Origin: Octopus vulgaris
Taxonomy: Eukaryota
Assembly (NCBI GenBank): GCA_951406725.2
Contig: OX597818.1
Location: 50,158,001 to 50,222,000, forward strand
Direction of reading: 5' to 3'
DNA: 64,000 nucleotides
In this document: positions 29,360 through 49,082 of the stretch, in pieces
Position numbering within the stretch: position 1 is the first letter of the stretch
Layout of the letters: each line of letters begins with the position of its first letter
Notes under the pieces: generated by a model
The model's database searches: none
Told to the model about the DNA's origin: nothing
Seen by the model: only the letters and a program-made list of their open reading frames with translations
Made by a program: the position numbers and the translations under genes

Positions 29360-29632
29360 GGAGGCATATGGCCTCGTGGTTAGAGCAGCGGACTCGTGGT
29401 CGAGGGATCGCGGCTTCGAATCTCAGACCGATGTGTGTGTTTATGAGCGAAACACCTAAGCTCCATGCGGCTCCGGCAGAGGGTAATGGCAAACCTCTGC
29501 TGACTCTTTCGCCACAACTTTATCTCACTCTTTCCTCTTGCATCTTGCAGCTCACCTGTGACGGACCGGCGTCCCGTCCAGGTGGGAAACCTATACGCCA
29601 AGGAAACCGGCTCTTATGGCTCGAGAAGGATC
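29360..29632 (+). mobile_element. tRNA-derived SINE related to family C
   Basis: GAGGCATATGGCCTCGTGGTTAGAGCAGCGGACTCG head with B-box-like GCTTCGAATC. Confidence 0.75.
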
Positions 29633-30186
29633 AAACAAAAAACACAAAGTATATCTTATCTACCTGAAAATGTTATGAGGCACGGTCTACCCTGGCGACA
29701 CTTTTATGGGGACAACAATTTTGAGTCTACTGAATAATATTATATAAGCTTGGGGGTCTGGGGTTGATGACAAATTCAAAGGCTGCCTCGGGCGGCTCAC
29801 ACTCTTCCTACACCACTGGAGCCTTGATGTATACTGAATTAGAAAAAAAACCCACAATGCTGTTTTAGGTGCCATAGTTATAGGTGTTTAGGGAGCTAAC
29901 TAAAACACATAAAACAGTATTACTTATTTAGTGAATCTGGAGGAAGGGACAGGGCTCATGGTCATAGCAGGTCCTCCAAAATGTGGAAGAGATGAAGGAA
30001 GGGGGAAAAAGTATACTGAAACTGGAGACCTGGGCCATATGCTTGTAATAGAGCAAACTCCACCAAAGTGCCCCGTGGTGGTGCTAAACCACCGTGATGG
30101 ATTAAATCCCGCCGGAAGAGACACCTCAAAGAATCAGATCCGATGTTCTTACAATTCCATCAATCAGCCGCCTTGGATTAGTACTA

Positions 30187-30754
30187 TTGGGTTGTCCGGA
30201 AAGTTCGTGCCGATTTTTAAAGGAAAGAAAAAGGTTAATAAATACTTGCCATTACATTTTTAATCAACCAAATATGAAGCATTTTGTTGCACAATGCATC
30301 TCCATCTTTCCTTTAACTTGAAAATACCCTCTTCCCAGAATTGAGGTGGTTTCATGGCAAAGAATTCATCAAGGTTTCTTTTTACGTCATCCAAGGAATT
30401 AAAATTTTTACCATTAAGACTATTCTGCAGAGACCCGAATAAGTAGAAATCCGAAGGAGCAATATCTGGTGAATATGGAGGGTGGGGTAACACATCCCAG
30501 CCGAGCTGCAGCAACTTTTGTCTGGTTCCCAAAGCATCAAGTGCCGAAAATGAACTTTCTTATCTTCCATTTTAAAGGGTTACAGAATTAACACAGGTTA
30601 TAGGAATGTAAACCTTCCTCCACGAAAAGATAGCTTAAACTGTACTCTAAATGGAGTTGTAGTCAAATCCTATTTTATGGACTTAACCATGTTCTAAAAT
30701 AAGTCAAAAGGTAAGCTACTATAAATCGCGGCACGAACTTTCCGGTCAACCCAA
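30187..30754 (-). mobile_element. Internally deleted mariner element, second copy
   Basis: Same TIRs and TA flanks. ORF 30260-30532 contains HPPYSPDIAPSDFYLF (mariner YSPDLAPxD motif). Confidence 0.92.
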
Positions 30755-30928
30755 TACTTTTAACGATCCCGGAAGAATGAAAGGCAAAGTTGACCTCAGC
30801 AGAATTTGAACTCAGCGCACCGAGAGTCAAAACAAATAGCGGAAAGCATTCTAGCCAATGCTCTGACAATTCACCACCAAAGTGATGCCGTAATATTTTG
30901 ACGTATTTTAGCACTCACACAGACACAC

Positions 30929-31022
<94 letters not shown>

Positions 31023-31288
31023 CGTTTTTAACACTGGGATAGTTGAAACGTGCAAATTACTGTCTTAAAAACGTCTTGGATAGCAAAACGTTACCTGTGA
31101 GACTCGAACCCGCATCTCCACATCTTACATAGCGAATCATAGAGCCTAGGCTATCCTTCGAATTTTTGCATCTATCTTAGGAGGTTTGTTCTTACCACTG
31201 AGAAGTATGTTGTTTATGCGGTAAGAATGTGTGTGTGTGTGTGTGTGTATACAATATCAAGTTACTTGTGAGTTTTGTCATGTGTGTG

Positions 31289-31620
31289 AAGGCGCATGGT
31301 TCAGTGGTAGAGCGTCGCGCTTACGATCGCGAGGTTGTGAGTTCGAATCCCGGACCGGGCTGCGTGTTGTGTTCTTGAGCAAGACACTTTATTTCGCGTT
31401 GCTCCAGTTCACTCAGCTGTAGAAATGAGTTGCGACGTCACAGGTGCCAAGCTGTATCGGCCTTTGCCTTTCCCTTGGATAACACTGGTGGTGTGGAGAG
31501 AGGAGGCTGGTATGCATGGGCGACTGCAGGCCTTCCATAAACAACCTTGCCCGGTCTTGTGCCTCGGAGGGTAACTTTCTAGGTGCAATCCCATGGTCAG
31601 TCATGACCGAACGGGGTCTC
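31289..31620 (+). mobile_element. tRNA-derived SINE family D
   Basis: TGGTTCAGTGG A-box, GAGTTCGAATCCC B-box, then TTCTTGAGCAAGACACTT and CACTCAGCTGTAGAAATGAG. Confidence 0.8.
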
Positions 31621-32266
31621 AGCTACTCGTAACATGGGATCCAGTGCAACCTGTTGCATGGTCGGGTTGTCGGTGACTAAACCGGCACCCTATTAAGCTT
31701 GCCTGGTGAGGAGGGTTGCTAAAAAGCCAACAGGACTAAAGAATAACAAGACTTATCAAAAGGACGGATGAAGCTAGTCTAGGTTCGACGATTATCTAGA
31801 AATAGCATCGGCCCTCAGAAATTCCGAGTTTGTCTAGGATGCTGGAAGACCACTAGAAGTGAAAAAATATCTGATATAAAACAAGATGTGCAGAGAAAAA
31901 CAGCGAACATTTTAGAGGTCTTCTGCTTGCGCTTGAGATCATAGTGTTCCCACATTAACCCGAGCCTGCGACCCATATTTCCACTGGATAACTTTCCCTG
32001 GCTTGTCTCTGGATCATGACATTATGGTGGAGAGTGCCTGTGAGGACATTATTGGACCTGGAACTTTTAGGATATGCAATCGATGGCGAGGCGACTTTCT
32101 GATGCATTGTTGGAGTTGGAGGGCGCCGCCTAGGAGCGTGGAAGCCACAGAAGCGAACCCAGGTGCAGTCGACCGAAGGTGCAATAACCTTATGCAAAGG
32201 CATTGCTGGCATTTTACGTGGGCAATTGTCAGTGATGATCTTCCTCGATCACGAATGAATGGCCCA

Positions 32267-32350
32267 CATCATCATCATCACCATCACTATCACCATCATC
32301 ATTATCATCATCACCATCACCATCACCATCATCATCATCATCACCATCAC

Positions 32351-32392
<42 letters not shown>

Positions 32393-32553
32393 TATCATCA
32401 TCATCACCATCACCATCACCATCATCGTCACCATCACCATCACCATTATCGTCATCATCATCATCATCACCATCGCCATCACCACCATCAGCATTATCAT
32501 CATCATCATCAGCAGCAGCAGCAGCATTATCATCATCATCATCATCATCACCT

Positions 32554-32584
<31 letters not shown>

Positions 32585-32605
32585 CACCTGCATCATCATC
32601 ACCAC

Positions 32606-32643
<38 letters not shown>

Positions 32644-32651
32644 CCACCACC

Positions 32652-32685
<34 letters not shown>

Positions 32686-32693
32686 TCACCACC

Positions 32694-32727
<34 letters not shown>

Positions 32728-32732
32728 TCATC

Positions 32733-32766
<34 letters not shown>

Positions 32767-32811
32767 TCATCATCGTCATCACCATCATCACCATCACCAT
32801 CATCATCGTCG

Positions 32812-32856
<45 letters not shown>

Positions 32857-32903
32857 CCATCATCACCATCACCACCACCATCATCATCATCATCATCACC
32901 ACC

Positions 32904-32937
<34 letters not shown>

Positions 32938-32942
32938 TCATC

Positions 32943-32976
<34 letters not shown>

Positions 32977-33110
32977 TCATCATCGTCATCACCATCATCA
33001 CCATCACCATCATCATCGTCGTCATCACCATCATCACCATCACCATCATCATCGTCGTCATCATCATCATCACCATCACCACCACCATCATCATCATCAT
33101 CATCACCATC
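32267..33110. repeat. (CAT/CAC)n trinucleotide expansion
   Basis: Directly visible; explains the poly-His/Asp/Met/Ile ORFs. Confidence 0.95.
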
Positions 33111-33615
33111 ATGTATCCATATAGACAGAGATGATGTATAACACATCAAACACTGATCCACGGTAGTTAAGAGCTCAATTTATGAAAGGTCGTTAAAAGG
33201 TCGTTAATACGTTTATAACATTGCAGTAAATCCGAGTGTGAACAAAAAACAAAACAAAACAAACAAACACAAATGATTAAAACGATCCTTAAAACTTACG
33301 TATATTTACAATTAAAGCAGAAAAACATAAATTTCGCAGATCATAATTTATTACTTTCAACAGCTGTTCCATTAGGATTACACATTAGTAATTCCATGAT
33401 TACTTAATGAAGATACGTAATAAATTAATATATATGTTAATGAAAATTGTGTCTTAATTACGTAATTATGGAATTATGGAATTAATTGCCGATGAAACAG
33501 TTGTTGAAAAAATGCAGTTATGAGCCATCTGTGAACTGTATGCTTTTTTTGCTTTGTATTTACAACTCCCCCACCCCGACGCATATATATATATATGTAT
33601 ATATGCATGCATACA

Positions 33616-33656
<41 letters not shown>

Positions 33657-34079
33657 ATCGTCTAGTGTGTCATTCTTGAAAAACAGTTGGATGGAATGCG
33701 AGGTATTGGCTACTACATCTAGCAAGTTCAGTAACCAGGTAAATGCTAAGCTCCTATCAACCCTGATTGAGAAGACCTATGAGAAAACTATTCCAGCCGT
33801 GACCATTCCGTCCTTTTAGAAGGTATCTAAGAACCACATTAACCAATTCGTAAGGCAGGATGAAATTTGAAGGATACTTAGCTACTATTTCTAGCAGCTT
33901 CATCGTTGACTCAACATGTGATGTGGTATGACGCTCAAATATTCCTTGCAACGACGATGGTAAAAGACCGTAACATTATTGGTCACGCGTGAAAGTCCAT
34001 GCACAAAGGTATCTGGCAGAGTTCGATCCTAGGCAAAACCACTGTCCACCCATGTAAAGATTTGTCTTGTTAACAGGCA

Positions 34080-34890
34080 CTCCAATCACTCAAACACTCA
34101 ATCGGTCATTCACTCATTCATTAATTCACTCAAACGCTCACTCACTCACCATAATCACCCAATCGCTCACTCACTCCAATCATTCATTCGCTCACTCAAT
34201 CACGCACTCACTAATCCCTCACTCACTCACTCAATTGCTCACTCACGCACTCGCTTAATCCTTCACTTACTCAATCGCTCACTCTCATCAATCGCTCAAT
34301 CACTCACTCACATCATCCATTCGCTCACTCATTCAATCGCTCACTCACTAATCTCTCATTCACTCATTCACTCATTCATTCACTCACTCACTCACTCACT
34401 CAATTGCTCACTCACGTACTCGCTTAATCCTTCACTTACTCAATCGCTCACTCTCATCAATCGCTCAATCACTTACTCACTCCCATCATCCATTCGCTCA
34501 CTCATTCAATTACTCACTCACTAATCCCTCATTCACTCATTCACTCATTCATTCACTCACTCACTCACTCACTCAATCGCTCACTCACGCACTCGCTTAA
34601 TCATTCACTTACTCAATCGCTCACTCAATCACTCACATCAATCGCTCACTCACTCACATCAATCGCTCACATCAATAGCTCAATCACTCACTCACTCACA
34701 CCAATCGCTCAGTCGCTCACATCAATCGCTCAATCGCTCACTCGCTCAATTTGCTCACTCACTCACTCATGTATGTATTCATTCACTCATTAGTCCATCA
34801 GTCAGTCAGTCACTCACTCATTCGCTCATTCACTAATTCACTCTTTCGCTCATTCACTCATTCGCTCATTCACTCATTCTCTCATTCATT
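34080..34890. repeat. Degenerate (CACT/CAAT)n satellite with ~170-bp higher-order period
   Basis: TCGCTTAATC(C/A)TTCACTTACTCAATCGCTCACT recurs at ~34251, 34420 and 34593. Confidence 0.8.
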
Positions 34891-35298
34891 CGACCAACAA
34901 TATTTTAGACGAACACTGCAGACGATATGCGAATGTGCGTCTGTCAGACAGACCGCTGTATGTATGCATTTATATATGTACGTCTGTGCTTGTATGAGTG
35001 TGTATCCGTGTATATGTGCAACTGTACGTATGAATGTGCTTGTCTGTGTTAGACGGCTTGCATGTATATGTGTGTGCGTGTGTGTGTGTGTGTATGCATG
35101 CATGTATGTGCTTATATGGGTACGCCTATATGTGCACATGCATGTGTGTGTGTGTGAGTCAAAAGATCGTAAAAAAGTGCAAATGGATGGTGGAGGGAAA
35201 GGAGGAGGTAGAAATACGAACGCTAAGTACACGGGTACGCGGAAGCTTTGAAGTACTATTTCTCAAGTTTAATGTGAGCGCGCGTGATATATATATAC

Positions 35299-35490
35299 CC
35301 TTTTATTCTTTTATTCGTTTCAGACATTTGATTGCGGCCATGCTGGAGCACCACCTCCAGTCGAACAAATCGCACTCAATACGTTTTTTCTTTGTATGCC
35401 TAGTACTTATTCTATCGTTCTCTTTTTCGAACCGCTAAGTTACGGGGACGTAAACATACGGCATCAGTTGTCAAGCGATGGTGGGGTGGT

Positions 35491-35577
<87 letters not shown>

Positions 35578-35578
35578 T

Positions 35579-35622
<44 letters not shown>

Positions 35623-35642
35623 ATTTTATCGCAATTTGACTT

Positions 35643-35695
<53 letters not shown>

Positions 35696-35854
35696 CGACG
35701 GGCTTCTTTCAGTTTCCGTGTATATATAAGTACACTCACAAGGCTTTGGTTGGCTCGAGGCTGTAGTAGAAGGCACTTTTCCCAAGGTGCCACGGTGTGG
35801 GACTGAACCCGGAACCGTATGGTTGGTAAGCAAACTTCTTACCACACAGCCACT

Positions 35855-35856
<2 letters not shown>
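35299..35856 (-). mobile_element. SINE family A
   Basis: Reverse complement of family A with an expanded internal microsatellite. Confidence 0.85.
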
Positions 35857-35921
<65 letters not shown>

Positions 35922-35975
35922 GACGTCCTGTACCCATATATGCATATATATATATATAAAATATTTCTTTATAGG

Positions 35976-36347
35976 TGGAGGAGTGACTGTGTGGTAAGTA
36001 GCTTGCTTATCAACAACATGGTTCAGGGTTCAGTCCCACTGCGTAGCACCTTGGGCAAGTCTCTTATACTACAGCTTCGAGCCAACCAAAGGCCTTGTGA
36101 GTAGATTTGGTAGACGGAAATTGAAACCCATCGTATATATATATATGTTTGTGTGTTTGTGTTTGTTCCCCCAACATCGCTTGACAACCGATGTTTACGT
36201 CCCCGTAACTTAGTGGCTCGGCAAAAGAGACCGATCGAATAAGTACTAGGCTTACAAAGAATAAATCCTGTGGTCGAATTGCCCGATTAAAAGGAGGTGC
36301 TCCAGCATGGCCGCAGTCAGATGACTGAAACAAGTAAAAGAATAAAA
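35976..36347 (+). mobile_element. SINE family A
   Basis: Head and tail match family A. Confidence 0.85.
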
Positions 36348-36359
36348 GAATATATATAT

Positions 36360-36586
36360 CTTTACTAGCCACAAGGGGCTAAACACAGAGGGGACAAACA
36401 AGGACAGACAAAGGGATTAAGTCGACAACATCGACCCCAGTGCGTAACTGGTACTTAATTTATCGACCCCGAAAGGATGAAAGGCAAAGTCGACCTCGGC
36501 GGAATTTGAACTCGGAACGTAACGACAGACGAAATACGGCTACGAATTTCGCCCGGCGTGCTAACGTTTCTACCAGCTCGCCGCCT
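36360..36586 (-). mobile_element. SINE family B monomer
   Basis: Reverse complement of the 17085 copy. Confidence 0.9.
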
Positions 36587-36626
36587 TTATATATATATGT
36601 TTGTGTGTGTGTATGTGTGTGTGTGT

Positions 36627-36678
<52 letters not shown>

Positions 36679-37559
36679 TTATTTATATATAATTTTAATC
36701 CAAACGGGAAACAAAAAAACAACAACAAGGGAACAATTACAGTATTATTATTAATAGGCGCTCAGGAAATGGAAGCAGGGAGGTATGACGTTTCGAGCGG
36801 AGCTCTTCGTCGGAAACATAAAGAAGGAAGAGAGAGGAAAGAAAGATCCCGGAGCGGGCAACGGAGATAGAGAAAAAAACGGCTGGTGTTAGCAGAAGCA
36901 CATGGTGAAAGGCGGATGTTTACGATAACAAGAGCAAAGTGGGTTTTTAAAGGCAAAAAGAGTGGAGACAAGGTTGGTAACGCAACAGATGTGTGTGTAT
37001 GTGTGAGTGTGTGCGTGTGCGTGTGTGTATGTGTGTGTGTGAGGCGAGGTAAAAAAACAAAATATATATGTATGTGTTAGTGTGTGCGTCTGTGTGTAGG
37101 CGTGTGAGGTAGGGCGAGACGGTGGTCAGCATAGCAGCAGCATAGCAGACAAAGGTCAGTAGTGAGAAAAGGGAGGAAGGAGGAAGGGAGGGAGGGGAAG
37201 GGGTGGGGGCGTATGTAGCGTGCCAGCGTGTGTTGAGTAGTAGTGTGTGTGTGTGTCCAGTGTCGTGGTAGTATTAGTGGCGAGTAGATTGAATGTGTGT
37301 AAGAGTGATGTATATGTTTAAGCAATGTGTGTATATGTGTGCGCGTGTGTGTAACGAAAAAAAAAGGGGGGGGGGTTTAGGAAAAGGACTCCAGCGGAGG
37401 GGAAGATGGAGGAGTGGTCCCGCGGAGACGGGCGTGGGAAAACCCAACGACACGCGACATCCCAGGAACGGGCGGGCGGTCTCGTCGGATCCAAGGGCGA
37501 GGTGCATGCGGGCGCATGCGTGCGCGAACCGGCGCAAACGCGTGTGTGCGCGAGCCTGC

Positions 37560-41810
<4,251 letters not shown>

Positions 41811-43185
41811 CTATTTTTATCCTTGTTCGATAACAAATAAAATAACCGTAGTTTGTATCGCCCTAGGTGAGCTCTGATAGCGGAGACCAATATGATAAAC
41901 ATCTTATATGAAAGCGCGGAATATGATTATTATTTCGATTGGTGCTGACCAGAGAGGAATATGGTCAGGTCGAATCTGTTGCTAAAAATAACTAATCGAC
42001 TGCTAAATTCGGAATCAGCGATGGCTGCTCTACTTGGATGTTGTGACAGAATCTTCACTGGAACGAGTAAATAATACAATAGTATTTGACTGTTTTCACT
42101 GCAGACATACCACCTACATCAACAAGCCGTTGATGAAGATGCTTCTGTGTGGTCGCACAGCCTGCTAGATATAGCAGCCCAATTTCCCTGAAATTACACC
42201 TTACCAGTTTTATTTTATTTTATTTTATTTTATTGCTATTTCTTAAAATAGAACACATTTGATAACGTAGTAGTGAGAATGCTGTACCTGAAGAATTAAA
42301 AATGAAAAAAAGATAAAAAAAGAAACAAAAGGCTGGATTGTCATATCTGGAATACTTTTAATCTTCAATAACGGTTTCGCAGGAGGGGGGGGGGGCTAAT
42401 CTCACCCACCATTGCCACCACCACCACCACCACCACCACCACCACCACCACCATAACAACAACAACAATTACAAAAGCCTTCCTAATGTGGCGGTATTTG
42501 AAACAAGTTGTTTTACAGGTAGCTTTCTTGTTCAGCCCCAGGTCATCTCAGATCAAGCAGACGACAATGAAAGACATTCATATCATGATAATCCCGGTTT
42601 CTTATCAGGCACAGTCTACCTGGGTGTACATCGTCCATTGCGTTCTTAAGACGGTAGGGTGTAGATCAAGGCGGATTGAGGAAGATTGGCTACTATTTCT
42701 TTTTTTTTTTTTTTTTTTTTTACATTCTTCTCACGTCTCGTTTTCTGACGGTTTTCTTCAAAGAAACTGTATAAATTCTTCGATTTCAAAAACATCACAC
42801 CTGTAATTGATTTTCACACCTGTAATTGATTTTCCCGGTGGTGGGAAATATAAAAAGACGAATGAGAAAATAAACTCTTATTAATTACTGGAAAATGATT
42901 GAGCAGGGTCGTCTTTTACAGCAAAACTGAGGGCCCCGGTCAAAGCAAAAGCATTAGGGCTCCTACGTATACAACAACATACATAGTTTAACATTGCCCT
43001 CCCCAAATTTAGGCCCGTGGGGATCCCCAGCAGTGACCCTGTGTGGCCTTGTCTTAAGACAGCTCAACGATTGACCTCAGATTGAGTCAAACTCGACCTT
43101 CGCTTTAGTAGAAAAACAAAAAACCGTGTTGATATTTTTAAGAAGTACACCAATTCATTAAATATAAACATGGCAAGTGTTATGA

Positions 43186-45216
<2,031 letters not shown>

Positions 45217-45474
45217 GCCTATTATATCTAACTATCTCGAATTGCTGCTTAATTCACAAGAGAATCAAAACTATTTTCTTTCTCTCTGGTTTGAAACTTT
45301 CTTTCCTTCACACATTCACATCTTAATATATGCAAGTGTGTGCTATGTTCTTCATACGGGCACTGCAGAGCACTGTGCATGCATGTGTGCAGAGACATGC
45401 ACTTTGTGCTTTTACATATTCTGCCTACTCGGAACATAGGTGTGTTATGTCATCTCGTTCATATTTAATGGGGA

Positions 45475-45508
<34 letters not shown>

Positions 45509-45511
45509 ATA

Positions 45512-45546
<35 letters not shown>

Positions 45547-45573
45547 CCATATATATATATTTTTATCACCAGC

Positions 45574-45604
<31 letters not shown>

Positions 45605-45871
45605 TGTATGTATGTATGTATGTATGTATATATGTTTGTATGTATGTATATTCCTTTATATATATATATATATATATAAAAAAAAGATGTGGAACACGAG
45701 TTGTGATATATAAAAAAAAAGGAAATGAAGAAAATGCTGACAAAATAATTTAAGTAAGGGAGAGTGTATTTAATTAGGTGAAAGTTCTTTTTACCGGTTG
45801 CGCATTTGTTATGCTTATCAAAAGATATTTTTTTAAGAGAGATAGAGTTCCTTTCTGATAGATTTTTTTCT

Positions 45872-45945
<74 letters not shown>

Positions 45946-45946
<1 letters not shown>

Positions 45947-46349
45947 TCTTTTACTCTTTTACTTGTTTCAGTCATTTGACTGCGGCCATGCTGGAGCACC
46001 GCCTTTAGTCGAGCAAATCGACCCCAGGACTTATTCTTTATAAGCCTAGTACTTATTCTATCGGTCTCTTTAGCCGAACCGCTAAGTTACGGGGACGTAA
46101 ACACACCAGCATCGGTTGTCAAGTGATGTTGGTGGAGACAAACACACACACACACACACACATGTATATGTACATATACATATATACGACGGGCTTCTTT
46201 CAGTTTCCGTCTACCAAATCCACTCACAAGGCTTTGGTCGGCCCGAGGCTATAGTAGAAGACACTTGCCCAAAGTGCCAGGTCGTAGGACTGAACCCGGG
46301 GCCATGTGGTTGGTAAGCAAGCTACTTACCACACAGCCACTCCTGCGCC
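45946..46349 (-). mobile_element. SINE family A
   Basis: Reverse complement of family A. Confidence 0.9.
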
Positions 46350-46359
46350 AATAAATATA

Positions 46360-46409
46360 TATCCCCGCCTGTCACGCGGGAGACCGGGGTTCGATTCCCC
46401 GCCGGGGAG
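46360..46409 (+). pseudogene. 5'-truncated tRNA-Asp(GTC)
   Basis: TATCCCCGCCTGTCACGCGGGAGACCGGGGTTCGATTCCCCGCCGGGGAG matches the anticodon arm, T arm and 3' acceptor strand of metazoan tRNA-Asp. The 5' acceptor strand and D arm are absent. Confidence 0.85.
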
Positions 46410-46416
46410 GCATCTT

Positions 46417-46448
<32 letters not shown>

Positions 46449-46614
46449 GCATACATATCTATATATATGAATATATGTATGTGTGTGTATGTATGTATGT
46501 ATGTATGTATGTATGTATGTATGTATGTATGTATGTATATACATATCCATGATATATACATGCACATAAACACGCATGCTTACATACACACGTACATACA
46601 TACACATATAACAG

Positions 46615-48030
46615 TTCCTCCAAGACCATTGCAAGTCCTATATGATAGCGACTGATGAACAAGCATTTGGAACGAATGGAGTGAGGGCAAGTACCAAGCA
46701 ACTTTTGATAAAGCTGTGGTGTGCTGTCTGAAGAAAACACTGCAGTCACCTTGCGACAGAATGGCTTGATTACAGAATCGCGTTCTCGGTTCCATTCTTC
46801 ACAAATGTATCGAGAAACAACTGTCGAAAATGAAAATGTTTTCGTTGGGATCAGAAGTTCAACATCGGATATTCAGAGCACAAATGTAAACGAGTTCACT
46901 TTTAGTGGTATTAGTGCTGCCTTCCAGGTCATAAATGGGTTTTACACTTTTTGTATAAGTCTAAGTCCCTTGGCTATTGGACATACGGTAAAACAATTGT
47001 CGTGCTGGTGACACTTATTAAGACAGAAACTTGTGTCCACTGCTTTCTATAGAAGGCGGTGAGCCGGCAGAAAGGTTAGCACGCCGGGCGAAATGCTTAG
47101 CGGTATTTCGTTTGCGACTACGTTCTGAGTTCAAATTCCGCCGAGGTCAACTTTGCCTTTCATCCTTTCGGGGTCGATAAATTAAGTACCAGTTAAGCAC
47201 TGGGGTCGATGTAATCGACTTAATCCCTTTGTCTGTCTTTGTTTGTCCCCTCTATGTTTAGCCCCTTGTGGGTAGTAAAGAAATAAGAAACTTGTGTCCA
47301 CGATTGTCCTCTTATCTCCAGACAATAAGCGTGTTCTTTCCCTTAATGGAATGTCAATTTTGAAGAAATCTTGATTCCTGAAACTGTCCCTTTCTCTTGT
47401 GGAGCTGGTCATTCAGTAATTATGCTTCATTTCTTGAGGTGAAGGCAATTTCAATCAAGAATTTCAGTTGTATTTTATTTAATATACCTGTATTTGTCTA
47501 TGTTATGTTTTGATGCACATGGACCGGGCGTAACAATAATGATTTCATAGCATTTCCTGGAGCTTTCAGGATTGAATCTTTTCTGTACTTTCCCGATCGC
47601 TGTTGAGCGCAGAGGTTATTCAAATAGTTGAGCCGTGATTTAAAAACATATTCCAATCAACCGACATTAGACTGTTCCTGCTCACAAGCTTGTTGTTGAT
47701 CCAGAGTTTTCAGCATGCCATGACAGTGATTGTCAACGGAACGCCTATCCGAGAATCAAGAACTTGCTTGAGCCGGATTATTCAGTATACCAGATTTTGA
47801 TCGATTACCTGCGAAACACAGTCTTCAAGACAGAAATATATTTGTAGGTGATACAATGTCGGTTCAACGATCTGGTATTTGATAAGCATACAATGATGAT
47901 TAATATAAAAGAAATTTCATTTATTCAATCATTGGTTCGTATTTTCATCAGGATTAAACCGTTAAAATAAAACTTCTCCCGGTTCAGGCAGCAATCCAAC
48001 TAATGATTGCTTCCGATGACGAGCTGAAAG
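46615..48030 (-). pseudogene. Unknown decayed intronless gene family, copy C
   Basis: SLVGLLPEPGEVLF*RFNPDE..IPDR*TDIVSP..FSDRRSV..GMLKTL... The frame IVDTSF|CLNKCHQHDNCFTVCPI is restored exactly when the SINE at 47041-47285 and one TSD are removed. Confidence 0.6.
47041..47285 (+). mobile_element. SINE family B with 16-bp TSD
   Basis: AGAAACTTGTGTCCAC at 47025-47040 and 47286-47301. Confidence 0.92.
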
Positions 48031-48167
48031 CTAATTAGTCTTTGATGAAACACCAGGTTAGTTGCAATGCATATTAGAGTTAATCGAAGTGTGCGATTCC
48101 CCTAAAACGTCACTCCATCGTTCCTCTAGTAGCTTTCCTTAACAAAGGATAGATATTACTGTTTTTC

Positions 48168-48586
48168 TAAGGCGGCGAACTGGCAGAAACGTTAGCACTC
48201 CGGGCGAAATGCTTTGCGGTATTTCGTCTGCCGCTACGTTCTGAGTTCAAATTCCGCCGAGGTGACTTTGCCTTTCATCCTTTTGGGGTCGATTAAATAA
48301 GTACCAGCTACGCACTGGGGTCGATGTAATCGACTTAATCCGTTTGTCTGTCCTTGTTTGTCCCCTCTGTGTTTAGCCCCTTGTGGGTAGTAAAGAAATA
48401 GGTATTTCGTCTGCCGCTACGTTCTGAGTTCAAATTTCACCGAGGTCGACTTTGTCTTTCATCCTTTCGGGGTCGATTAAATAAGTACCACTTACGCACT
48501 GGGGTCAATATAATCGACTTAATCCGTTTGTCTCTCCTTGTTTGTCCTCTCTGTGTTTAGCCCCTTGTGGGTAGTAAAGAAACAGG
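48168..48586 (+). mobile_element. SINE family B dimer with 14-bp TSD
   Basis: TATTACTGTTTTTC at 48154-48167 and 48587-48600. Confidence 0.92.
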
Positions 48587-48850
48587 TATTACTGTTTTTC
48601 ATAGATGTCTGTTTAGTTGTTCTACTTGACTGTTTCTAATAAGATGGTAAAAATGTACAGTTATCTCGTACAGTTATCTCCAAACTAAGTTAGGATTCTC
48701 CTCTGGAAGGATTAAAGTTGAAGCATCAATCATAGACTCCGAAGACAACGAACTGATGTAGAGGAAGTCATGAGCACGCAAACACAATCCTTAGCATTCA
48801 TTTATAGTAACAAGAAGTCGTGGTGATTCTAAGATAATTGTAGAATACCT

Positions 48851-49082
48851 ATTTCTTTACTACCCACAAGGGGCTAAACACAGAGGGGACAAACAAGGAC
48901 AGACAAAGGGATTAAGTCGACTACATCAACCCCAGTGCGTAACTGGTACTTAATTTATCGACCCCGAAAGTATGAAAGGCACAGTCGACCTCGGCGGAAT
49001 TTGAACTCAGAACGTAACGGCAGACAAAATACGGCTTCGCATTTCGCTGGCGTGCTAACGTTTCTGCCAGCTCGCCGCCTTT
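48851..49082 (-). mobile_element. SINE family B with 17-bp TSD
   Basis: ATAATTGTAGAATACCT at 48834-48850 and 49083-49099. Confidence 0.92.

Noticed and set aside
30260-30570. Functional mariner transposase or SETMAR-like gene
   Set aside because: The N-terminus is fused directly to the C-terminus; the DNA-binding domain and first catalytic Asp residues are deleted, as in the 25626 copy.
31650-32250. Unique-looking sequence as a host exon
   Set aside because: More likely an RTE-like LINE 5' remnant (NVGTL on the minus strand); evidence too thin to annotate.
32003-33161. Long poly-His/Asp/Met/Ile ORFs
   Set aside because: Products of a (CAT/CAC)n expansion that is open in most frames; no coding evidence.
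47430-47660. Resemblance of copy C (SRLNY..YRKD..RPVH..FLIEIAFT) to a bunyavirus L cap-snatching endonuclease
   Set aside because: Needs two assumed substitutions to create the catalytic H and PD, and paralogues B and D do not keep these positions.
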